Of a stretch of DNA of 42,763 bases, positions 9,163 to 16,141 are shown piece after piece (within the stretch, counting starts at the first letter, position 1; every line of letters starts with the position of its first letter). A model generated the notes under the pieces. The model was not told where the DNA came from. It saw nothing but the letters and a program-made list of their open reading frames with translations, and did not search any database. Both the position numbers and the translations under genes were made by a program. This DNA comes from a virus. The stretch is from IMG/VR virus record IMGVR_UViG_3300045988_045849; one strand, 5' to 3'.

Positions 9163-9870
9163 ATGGCTATAATCAGCGCATTTCCGGGCAAAAGCAAACC
9201 GAAGTTGCAATCTAAAACTATACATCCGCTATATGCTCAATTTGACGTAACTCCGGATAGCGGATATGAAGGATTAGCCAAAGTTACAATTGCGCCCCAA
9301 TCGCAAGTTAAATATGTTACACCGTCTACCACTCAAAAAACCGTAACACCTGACAGCAACAAGCTGCTTTCGTCTGTCGTAGTAAATGCAATCGAGACGC
9401 AGACAAAAGGCGTTTCTCCGACCATTAATGAGCAAATAATAAAGCCTGACAGCGGTAAATATCTTACTCAAGTCACAGTAGGTGGAGCGATTGGCGGATA
9501 TTATACGCTGTCAGATACATATAATACTGATTCAACCAAACTGGAATTTAGCGTCCCTGTAGTGGACGGAAGAAATCCTGCGATTATTGCGCTTTACTCA
9601 AACGGGCACGAAGGAACGACCAAACAAATCTTATCCGCAATGCTAACTAAACGCGATGGAAACTCTATATATGATGCAGTCTGCTGGGTTAACATGGGTT
9701 CGAATAGTTTTGACGAAAAAGTTATTACTCAAATAAGTATTGCGTACAGACTTACGACTAAAAAAGCTATCATTACATTGCCGTCAACGACAGCTTGTGT
9801 TTTTGGCGGAACGTCCTTAGGAAATCAATATGCAGTTGTAATGACTTACAACGACATACAAGGAGGTTGA
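9163..9870 (+). CDS. Hypothetical tail module protein
   Basis: 235-aa ORF with an RBS (gtgaggtgaaagc), tightly packed in the tail module. Confidence 0.4.
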   Translation: MAIISAFPGKSKPKLQSKTIHPLYAQFDVTPDSGYEGLAKVTIAPQSQVKYVTPSTTQKTVTPDSNKLLSSVVVNAIETQTKGVSPTINEQIIKPDSGKYLTQVTVGGAIGGYYTLSDTYNTDSTKLEFSVPVVDGRNPAIIALYSNGHEGTTKQILSAMLTKRDGNSIYDAVCWVNMGSNSFDEKVITQISIAYRLTTKKAIITLPSTTACVFGGTSLGNQYAVVMTYNDIQGG

Positions 9871-9872
9871 TT

Positions 9873-11006
9873 ATGATTTATATTGGCAAATTTAAAGTAA
9901 CCTCGCCGTTTGGCTGGCGCATGTTGAACGGCGAACGAAACAATCACAAGGGTATTGATGTTGTCGGAATTGACGATAAAAATATCCGCGCTGTTGTGGC
10001 AGGAACTGTCGGACGCTCCACAATGCTTGACAAGGCGACTGATACCACCTTAACGTGGCAATGGGGCAATTATGTGCGGGTGGACGGCGACGACGGGAAT
10101 CTGTATTATTATTGCCATATGTCAAAGCGAATTGCCAAAGTTGGACAGCGCGTTGAAATTGGCGATATCCTCGGAGTTGAGGGAAACACAGGCTACTCCT
10201 TCGGCTCGCATTGTCACTTTGAGGTCCGCAAAGGCGGCGTTTCTGTAAATCCTGCTCCGTTCCTCGGCGTGCCGAACGCGGTCGGGGAATATACTGCTCC
10301 GGCAAAAAAGGCGGATAAATACACGGTCAACGGTTTTACTATTGAGCGGCTTTCTAAGTTTTCGATTGCTTACTGGGATAAGGCAAAACGCAGTATTCCC
10401 GATAAGGCTTCAACGGGCGGCTTCTGGGCACCGTATTCGTCTACGGACGGCAATTTCACATTGCCCGTCGCTAATATTGTGTGTGATTGCAAGCTTGAGG
10501 ATATTCCCTCTCCGGCGCGACCGCATATTTCAAAATTCTGCTCCGGTGGCAAGCTGCGCATCGGCTGCAACGACAACAATTCTCCGCAGTTTCACGGAAA
10601 AAAGGTGTCGACGCTTATCGTTCCGGCTGTCGGCAAGCCTTATATAGACGATGTGGCGGCAGCTCCGGCGAACGCTCGATATGCTATTTCCGGCGTTCCC
10701 ACGGTACGGAATTATGACGATGTTGATTATTACAACTACGTCGAGCCGCAGGGATGGGACGGCTCTTGCATGGCGGCGGGCTGGCGAAGCTGGCTCGGTA
10801 TCCGCGACGGCGAAATTTGGCGAATATACGGCAGGACTTACCGTTATAACTACATCTACGGCATGGAGTTCTGGAAGAAAATCAAGGACGAAGGCTTTAG
10901 CGACATAATTTGTCTCGACGGCGGCGGCTCTTGGGTTATCCGCAACAAAAATATCTCTGCGACTGCCGGAAACCGAAATATCAATAATATTATTAAAAAT
11001 GGGTAA
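9873..11006 (+). CDS. M23 (LytM-type) metallopeptidase lysin with C-terminal ..CLDGGGS.. domain
   Basis: AGGAGG lies 7 nt upstream of the ATG at 9873. Motifs HKGIDV (HxxxD) and GSHCHFE (HxH) are present, and the C-terminal half ends in ICLDGGGSW. Confidence 0.85.
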   Translation: MIYIGKFKVTSPFGWRMLNGERNNHKGIDVVGIDDKNIRAVVAGTVGRSTMLDKATDTTLTWQWGNYVRVDGDDGNLYYYCHMSKRIAKVGQRVEIGDILGVEGNTGYSFGSHCHFEVRKGGVSVNPAPFLGVPNAVGEYTAPAKKADKYTVNGFTIERLSKFSIAYWDKAKRSIPDKASTGGFWAPYSSTDGNFTLPVANIVCDCKLEDIPSPARPHISKFCSGGKLRIGCNDNNSPQFHGKKVSTLIVPAVGKPYIDDVAAAPANARYAISGVPTVRNYDDVDYYNYVEPQGWDGSCMAAGWRSWLGIRDGEIWRIYGRTYRYNYIYGMEFWKKIKDEGFSDIICLDGGGSWVIRNKNISATAGNRNINNIIKNG

Positions 11007-11298
11007 AAAGATAAAAAACACGTTCGCCAACTTGAAGCAGTATACAAAGCAAATCCTCACTGCGGTCATGGTTGTGTGGGTGGCTGGGGCTGTTATCGGT
11101 ATTGTTTATGAGTTCGTCCGGCTCGCCGTTGCGCCGGATACCGCATCAATGGACGGGTTATATGTATATCTCGCAGTCCCTCTCTCGTGCGGTCTGCCGT
11201 CGTACATAATTCCTAACCTCTTCCTCAAGCGTGAAGAGGTGCGGAGCGGGCGATACTACGGCGAGGACACAAGCGGCTCGGATATCGAATTGCAATAA
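10999..11298 (+). CDS. Holin-like membrane protein (two hydrophobic segments)
   Basis: Overlaps the lysin stop. Hydrophobic segments are ILTAVMVVWVAGAVIGIVY and LYVYLAVPLSCGLPSYIIP. Confidence 0.45.
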   Translation: MGKKIKNTFANLKQYTKQILTAVMVVWVAGAVIGIVYEFVRLAVAPDTASMDGLYVYLAVPLSCGLPSYIIPNLFLKREEVRSGRYYGEDTSGSDIELQ

Positions 11299-11414
11299 AA
11301 AAGAGAAAAGCCGCCTTTATGGCAGCTCTTCTCTGGTCGGTAAACGAAAAGGAGATATAAAATGATTATATCACGGCGAGCAAACTAAATCAACCATTTT
11401 CGGAGGTAAAAATT

Positions 11415-11654
11415 ATGAACGAGTTAAAAAAGAAACTCAGCTCTCGCAAGTTGTGGACTGCGGTCTGCGGCATTGTTGTCGGACTGGCGGCGGCGTTCGG
11501 TCTTGATGAAAACGAATGGGCGCAGATTGCCGGAATTGTGACATCGGCGGTGTCCGTAATCGCTTATATTTTTGGTGAATCGTCTATTGATAAGGCGAAC
11601 AAAAAGCCGGAAGAAAAAACAAACGGCACTGTCACGGAAGAACCGCAGGAATAA
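11415..11654 (+). CDS. Holin-like membrane protein (two TM segments, charged C-terminus)
   Basis: 79 aa with an RBS (ggaggt). Segments are LWTAVCGIVVGLAAAFGL and IAGIVTSAVSVIAYIFG, followed by a K/E-rich tail. Confidence 0.55.
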   Translation: MNELKKKLSSRKLWTAVCGIVVGLAAAFGLDENEWAQIAGIVTSAVSVIAYIFGESSIDKANKKPEEKTNGTVTEEPQE

Positions 11655-11723
11655 TCTCTCAATGGCTGTGCGACCGAAACCGCGTGAAGTGAGCTATAGC
11701 GCGGATTAAAGGAGTGCGGCGTT

Positions 11724-11921
11724 ATGCCTGATAATTCCGTTATTGCGGCTTTGATTGATGAGAAAATCCACCATGAGCGAAACAGGCGGCTTTTGAAGCG
11801 GAGACTTATTGACGGCATCTGCTTTGAGCCGCTCGCGGAAGAATTTGACTTGTCCGTGCGGCAAACAAAAAATATTGTTTCTCGCGGAACAAAGCAAATT
11901 TATAAAGAAAAGAGCGAATAA
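11724..11921 (+). CDS. Small sigma-70 region-4-like / YlxM-like HTH protein
   Basis: 65 aa with an aaaggag RBS. The pattern LLKRRLIDGICFEPLAEEFDLSVRQTKNIVSRGTKQI matches region 4.2-type HTH proteins. Confidence 0.55.
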   Translation: MPDNSVIAALIDEKIHHERNRRLLKRRLIDGICFEPLAEEFDLSVRQTKNIVSRGTKQIYKEKSE

Positions 11922-11932
11922 TCGCTCTTTTT
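11908..11932 (+). terminator. Rho-independent terminator
   Basis: AGAGCGA (11911-17) pairs with TCGCTCT (11922-28) around a 4-nt loop, followed by a T-run. The stop codon lies in the loop. Confidence 0.6.
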
Positions 11933-11935
11933 CTA

Positions 11936-11964
11936 TTGACAACGCGGATGGTGAGTGATACAAT
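11936..11964 (+). promoter_or_regulatory. SigmaA-type promoter TTGACA-17-TACAAT
   Basis: TTGACA at 11936-41, a counted 17-nt spacer, then TACAAT at 11959-64. Confidence 0.55.
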
Positions 11965-11970
11965 AACCAT

Positions 11971-12094
11971 GACTTTAAATACAACCCCATGCACACAGGG
12001 AAGATGAAACTCGGGACTTCATTTACCCGCAAAACGGCGATAAGGCAGGACGTATCAAGCGGCGTTCGGCTTTACCGTCGTTTTTGTTTTATTT
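11971..12094 (+). ncRNA. Candidate small RNA or leader (about 120 nt) between promoter and long terminator hairpin
   Basis: Hairpin 11998-12028. A 16-bp stem pairs 12031-12046 with 12069-12084 (one mismatch, two G-U pairs), followed by TGTTTTATTT. No credible ORF is present. Confidence 0.35.
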
Positions 12095-12160
12095 GCCAAG
12101 ATATACAAACCACGGCGCACAAATTTGTGTATTTATATATCAAAAATATTGCAAAAGCTA

Positions 12161-12189
12161 TTGCAAAATACCCACCATGGGTGTATAAT
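12161..12189 (+). promoter_or_regulatory. SigmaA-type promoter TTGCAA-17-TATAAT
   Basis: TTGCAA at 12161-66, a counted 17-nt spacer, then TATAAT at 12184-89. Direct repeats and a palindrome lie upstream. Confidence 0.6.
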
Positions 12190-12227
12190 ATAGATGTACC
12201 AAGGAGGTACAGAAAGGCAGGTAGAAC

Positions 12228-12395
12228 ATGGAGAAAATAAAAGGCATGACTAATGCGCAACTGAACGGATATCTCGAATTAATAGCAAAGCTAATAGAAG
12301 CAAAAGCAATCACCCTTGAAGAAGCCGCAAAAATAGTACGCGAAGCAAAAGTACCCAACAAAAAAGAAAAGCCTGTTCCGCATACGTCCAAATAA
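12228..12395 (+). CDS. Small helical hypothetical protein (55 aa, below the ORF-track cutoff)
   Basis: Translated by hand as MEKIKGMTNAQLNGYLELIAKLIEAKAITLEEAAKIVREAKVPNKKEKPVPHTSK. It lies about 40 nt downstream of the 12161 promoter. Confidence 0.4.
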   Translation: MEKIKGMTNAQLNGYLELIAKLIEAKAITLEEAAKIVREAKVPNKKEKPVPHTSK

Positions 12396-12502
12396 CCGAA
12401 ACAGGCAAGATAAGAGTGGAGCGGTAAACCTGCCGCCGCTCCGTACTCTTATTATATCACGGCAGGATGAAAAAAGCAAGACAAAAAGCAAAGGAGAAAG
12501 CC

Positions 12503-13033
12503 ATGACGGCAAAAGAATTGATTGAAAAATATAAAATATATCTCGTGGGTGACGAAAATATTGCTACTCGGCAAATGCCAAAAGTAAAGAAAGACGGAGC
12601 TTATGATGCGGTTATGGCGGCGAAAGAAGAAATCATAGTTTTGCTCAAAGCCGAAAAGGAAGCAATCAAAAAGGCAACTGCAGAACGTGAAGCAAAAATC
12701 GAAGCAATAGAAGGATTAAGCGAACTTGAACGTGCAATAGCTGAACGCCGGGAATATCAAAAGGATTTTGAGCGCATGATGGATGACGAGTGCAACGATG
12801 GTTTACGTGCTCCAAAACGGCCGATATGCGATATTGCTGAACTCAAAGAGAAATATCCTCGTGCCGCCGCATATCTCAAAGCAGAAGATTATAGTTTGGC
12901 AGCAAACGCAAAGAAAAGCTCAGCTGGACATAAGGCATTAGAGCGAATTATCGACGGAGGGGATTATAAGTCGATAATTGCTGACATGGAAAACGAATGG
13001 GCGGATTATTGCAACGCGCATATGTGGGATTGA
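12503..13033 (+). CDS. Hypothetical helical protein
   Basis: AAGGAG lies 6 nt upstream of the ATG at 12503. The tracked start at 12467 has a weaker RBS. The product is K/E/A-rich and ends ..EWADYCNAHMWD. Confidence 0.6.
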   Translation: MTAKELIEKYKIYLVGDENIATRQMPKVKKDGAYDAVMAAKEEIIVLLKAEKEAIKKATAEREAKIEAIEGLSELERAIAERREYQKDFERMMDDECNDGLRAPKRPICDIAELKEKYPRAAAYLKAEDYSLAANAKKSSAGHKALERIIDGGDYKSIIADMENEWADYCNAHMWD

Positions 13034-13036
13034 GGA

Positions 13037-13699
13037 ATGACGCTCGAAGAAAGAATTATATCAACTTTTGAAAACGTGGGGTCTATCGCTAAAACAGCGG
13101 AAATTACTGAATTAAACACAGCGGTTGTCCGAAAAGTCTTGATATCGAACGGCATTATACCAACGCCAAAGTCGGACAAAGTATCAGAATATCTCGAAAA
13201 AGGATTTACTACAAAACAAATCGCTGAAATCTTGGAAATAAAGGAAAAATCATTAAACGGATATCTGCCATATTCGAAAACGCCGTATGTGATAGGGGAA
13301 AAGCTCAAGCTCCCGCCGAATAATGTTAAAGCAAAAGTATATGGCACGTGGGAAAGGAAAGGGGGAAACAAAATGCCTTATAATATTTTCTCTCAATTGC
13401 TTTCGGCGGCTGTAAACGCTGCTGATTATGATGAGTATTGCTCTAAAGCTAAATCAATAGTCAAACCGAATATATACGAGGATGCAGATTATGACATTGA
13501 CAAAGCGCTGAACAATATATACGCATTCGCGCACGAACAAACATATAGAAACTTAGCTCAATTGTGTGGAGCGACAAATAGGTATGTTGCCAAAACATAC
13601 AATGTACCTGTAAAAACTGTTGAAAAATGGCGGAGCGGTTATAGCAATCCCGCAATATATATACTAAACTTGTTGGCAGCTGATATGCTTACACAATAA
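13037..13699 (+). CDS. Multi-HTH DNA-binding protein (possible internal start at 13373)
   Basis: Three HTH-like segments: SIAKTAEITELNTAVVRKVL, TTKQIAEILEIKEKSLNGYL and a C-terminal ..VKTVEKWRSGYSNP... A GGGGGA RBS precedes the in-frame ATG at 13373. Confidence 0.55.
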   Translation: MTLEERIISTFENVGSIAKTAEITELNTAVVRKVLISNGIIPTPKSDKVSEYLEKGFTTKQIAEILEIKEKSLNGYLPYSKTPYVIGEKLKLPPNNVKAKVYGTWERKGGNKMPYNIFSQLLSAAVNAADYDEYCSKAKSIVKPNIYEDADYDIDKALNNIYAFAHEQTYRNLAQLCGATNRYVAKTYNVPVKTVEKWRSGYSNPAIYILNLLAADMLTQ

Positions 13700-13720
13700 T
13701 TGCACCAAAATAGCACTAAA

Positions 13721-13759
13721 TAAGCCTTTTCACTTCATTGTGGAAAGGCTTATTTTTTT
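13721..13759 (+). terminator. Rho-independent terminator
   Basis: An 11-bp stem pairs 13721-31 with 13742-52 around a 10-nt loop, followed by T7. Confidence 0.8.
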
Positions 13760-13789
13760 GTACAATTTAGGCATAACGGAGGGGCAAAA

Positions 13790-14173
13790 ATGGCTGAATT
13801 TGTATCATACAACGCAAATCCCGACGGGAATCGAGTGGGCGACTGCACTATACGCGCGATATCGGCGTTTCTCGGAAAATCGTGGGAAGAAACGTACATC
13901 GGTATCGCGCTTACTGGCTTTATCATGCGTGATATGCCGTCGGCAGATTCCGTGTGGGGGTCATATTTACGGCAAAATGGGTGTTGCCGTTACACGATAC
14001 CGAACACCGCTCCGGCTGATTATACGGTGCGGGAATTTTGCGAGGATATGCCAGAGGGCGAATATCTTTTATCAATCGCCGGACACGTAGTCTATGTCGA
14101 GGACGGCAGGTATTATGACACATGGGATTCCGGCAGCGAAATCCCTCACTACTACTGGAAGAAGGAGAGATAA
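13790..14173 (+). CDS. Papain-fold-like (C39/NlpC-P60/transglutaminase-like) thiol protein
   Basis: 127 aa with a ggagggg RBS. Ordered candidate triad: Cys in NRVGDCTIRAIS, His in SIAGHVVYVEDG, Asp in YYDTWDSG. Confidence 0.5.
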   Translation: MAEFVSYNANPDGNRVGDCTIRAISAFLGKSWEETYIGIALTGFIMRDMPSADSVWGSYLRQNGCCRYTIPNTAPADYTVREFCEDMPEGEYLLSIAGHVVYVEDGRYYDTWDSGSEIPHYYWKKER

Positions 14174-14175
14174 AT

Positions 14176-14685
14176 ATGGCTTATTATGGCGTACCGCAGT
14201 ACGGTTATCCTCAATATACTATGCCAATGCCCGACCAGCTGACGCAGTTGCGCGGCGGTTATAATCAGCCGCCAATGCAACAGGGCACGTATGCGCAAGC
14301 TCCGCAAATGCCGCAAATGGGGCAGATGCAGTCAATGCCACAGGAAGCTCCACCTATGATATGGGTGCAGGGCGAAGCGGGAGCAAAGGCGCATATAGTC
14401 GCGCCGGGAAACACGGCTGTGCTATGGGACAGCGAAAATCCGATTATCTATATCAAATCGGCTGACGCTAACGGAATGCCGTCAATGAGGATTATCGACT
14501 GGAAAGAAAGAAGCGCGTCCGCGCCGCCTGTAATGCAACCGAATGCCGCGCAAAACGTGCAATATGTCACTGTCGACGAGTACAACAAGCTCGCGGCGGT
14601 GGTGAATGATTTAACGGCAAAACTCAACGGAATTATGGCGCAGAATGCGCAGAGAGGGGATAACAATGCCGAACCCACTGTATAA
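14176..14685 (+). CDS. Gln/Pro/Met/Tyr-rich protein with C-terminal beta-rich domain
   Basis: GAAGGAGAG RBS, with the ATG 2 nt after the upstream stop. The N-terminal ~60-70 aa run YYGVPQYGYPQYTMPMPDQ...QMPQMGQMQSMPQEAPPM, followed by IWVQGEAGAKAHIVAPGNTAVLWDSENPIIYIKSAD. Confidence 0.6.
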   Translation: MAYYGVPQYGYPQYTMPMPDQLTQLRGGYNQPPMQQGTYAQAPQMPQMGQMQSMPQEAPPMIWVQGEAGAKAHIVAPGNTAVLWDSENPIIYIKSADANGMPSMRIIDWKERSASAPPVMQPNAAQNVQYVTVDEYNKLAAVVNDLTAKLNGIMAQNAQRGDNNAEPTV

Positions 14686-14890
14686 CGAAATGCAAAAAAA
14701 CGCTCCGAACCAACTCGAAACGGTTTTTGAAAGATTTATGAACCAATTTAGGGGGCAAAATCCGACCGCAATTATTAATCAGATGGTGCAGTCAGGGCAA
14801 ATCTCACAGGCGCAGCTTAACACCGCGCAAGACCGTGCAAGGCAGCTCGGCTCTATGTTTGAGGGGCTGCGCGGTAAATATAAATTATGA
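14666..14890 (+). CDS. Small Gln/Asn-rich helical protein
   Basis: GAGGGGA RBS; the ATG at 14666 overlaps the upstream gene by 20 nt. 74 aa. Confidence 0.5.
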   Translation: MPNPLYNEMQKNAPNQLETVFERFMNQFRGQNPTAIINQMVQSGQISQAQLNTAQDRARQLGSMFEGLRGKYKL

Positions 14891-14945
14891 TTCATACTCG
14901 GAAACGAGATGAAAATATTATTTTTCAGAAAGGGCAAAAAGAACT

Positions 14946-15800
14946 ATGTCAATTTCGGCAAGTGAAATGACACCTGCGGATATCGCAGCTGTCACTAACA
15001 ACAATTGCGGCAGAAATGGTGATGGTTTCGGCTGGGGCGGGGACTGGACAGCGTGGATAATTCTGTTCCTCATCTTCGGTATGTTCGGCTTCGGCAACGG
15101 CGCATGGGGCGGCGGTTTTGGCGGCGGTAGAAGTGCTGGCTCGGCTGTCGACGGCTATGTGCTGACATCCGACTTCGCAAACATCGAGCGTAAGATTGAC
15201 GGTGTGAACAACGGGCTTTGCGACGGATTTTACAATATGAATTCGGCATTGCTCAATGGCTTCCACGGCACCGATAATGCTATATGTAGTCTCGGTTATC
15301 AGACGCAGCAGGGCTTTAACCAGGCGAACATGGGCATGATGCAGGGCTTTAATGGTGTTGAGAGGGGACAGGCAGACCTCGCGCGTCAGATTGCGGAATG
15401 CTGCTGCAATATGCTGCGTGGTATTGATGGCATTAACTACAACATGGCTCAGCAGACCTGCGGTATTACTAATGCAATTAACAATTCCACTCGTGACATC
15501 ATCGACAACCAGAACCAGAACAGCCGTGCAATCCTTGATTACCTCTGTCAGGATAAGATTGCAACTCTTCAGCAGGAGAATCAGGCACTTCGTCTCGCGG
15601 CTTCGCAGAGCAACCAGAACGCGTTTATTCGCGCAACGATGGAAGCGAATACTGCAGAGATTATACGCAGAACGGGCAACGAATGTCCTGTTCCGGCGTA
15701 CATCGTGCAGTCACCCCAGCCGCTCACCTTCCCTACTAACTGTTGCGGACAGGTACAGCTCAGCGGCTATGGTTGCTGCAACGGTTGCGGCAGTTACTAA
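14946..15800 (+). CDS. Membrane-anchored Gly/Trp-, Asn/Gln- and Cys-rich protein (14 Cys)
   Basis: TM segment WTAWIILFLIFGMFGFG flanked by GDGFGWGGD and GAWGGGFGGG. Also contains AECCCN and the C-terminal NCCGQVQLSGYGCCNGCGSY. Confidence 0.65.
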   Translation: MSISASEMTPADIAAVTNNNCGRNGDGFGWGGDWTAWIILFLIFGMFGFGNGAWGGGFGGGRSAGSAVDGYVLTSDFANIERKIDGVNNGLCDGFYNMNSALLNGFHGTDNAICSLGYQTQQGFNQANMGMMQGFNGVERGQADLARQIAECCCNMLRGIDGINYNMAQQTCGITNAINNSTRDIIDNQNQNSRAILDYLCQDKIATLQQENQALRLAASQSNQNAFIRATMEANTAEIIRRTGNECPVPAYIVQSPQPLTFPTNCCGQVQLSGYGCCNGCGSY

Positions 15801-15873
15801 TTAAATTAATCTGTGATACATCTTCCTTGCCGGATGTTCGGGATTTTTTGCCCGATGTTGTATTCAAAAACGC

Positions 15874-15907
15874 GCGGCGGGGCAATAGTTCCGCCGCTTT
15901 AATTTTT
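15874..15907 (+). terminator. Rho-independent terminator (bidirectional shape)
   Basis: GCGGCGG (15874-80) pairs with CCGCCGC (15891-97), followed by TTTAATTTTT. An A5 run lies upstream. Confidence 0.75.
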
Positions 15908-15928
15908 AAAAAAGAAAGTGAAATAATC

Positions 15929-16141
15929 ATGACCGAAAAAGAAAAACTCGAAAGAAATGCAAAAGTCGAAAGTATACTTAACAAAGTTATTGACAAAATC
16001 GGCGCGATGAAAATAGAGGAAATGGAAATAGCGGAAATTTCAGCGCTGCTCTCTTTGCTTGGAATGTGCCGCTATTATTCGCCTTTTTTCTACTGTGTCG
16101 ATACATCTCTCATAAAAAAGGATGGTGAATCAAATGCCTAA
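15929..16141 (+). CDS. Small hypothetical protein (70 aa)
   Basis: In-frame ATG at 15929 just after the terminator. Product has a helical N-terminus and a hydrophobic ISALLSLLGMCRYYSPFFYC segment. Confidence 0.45.
   Translation: MTEKEKLERNAKVESILNKVIDKIGAMKIEEMEIAEISALLSLLGMCRYYSPFFYCVDTSLIKKDGESNA

Noticed and set aside
11301-11333. Imperfect 14-bp hairpin between the two holin-like genes as a plus-strand terminator
   Set aside because: No T-run follows it on the plus strand. A T-run follows only on the minus strand, where there is no gene to terminate.
11989-12240. 83-aa plus-strand ORF in the 11922-12227 gap
   Set aside because: It starts inside the candidate sRNA and runs through a 16-bp terminator stem and the 12161 promoter. 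The sequence is basic and low-complexity, and there is no RBS.
12412-12450. Bulged hairpin AAGAGTGGAGCGG / CCGCTCCGTACTCTT after the 55-aa ORF as a terminator
   Set aside because: The stem needs a 2-nt bulge and the trailing T-run is weak (TTATTAT). It may be an attenuator, but it is not confident enough to list.
13740-14090. 116-aa ORF overlapping 13790..14173 in another frame
   Set aside because: Its GTG start lies inside the terminator hairpin and the product is Arg/Cys-rich. The 13790 frame has a good RBS and a coherent Cys-His-Asp pattern.
15352-15804. 150-aa alternative-frame ORF inside 14946..15800
   Set aside because: It is an Arg/Ser/Thr-rich shadow frame without an RBS. The 14946 frame has a TM segment and structured motifs.
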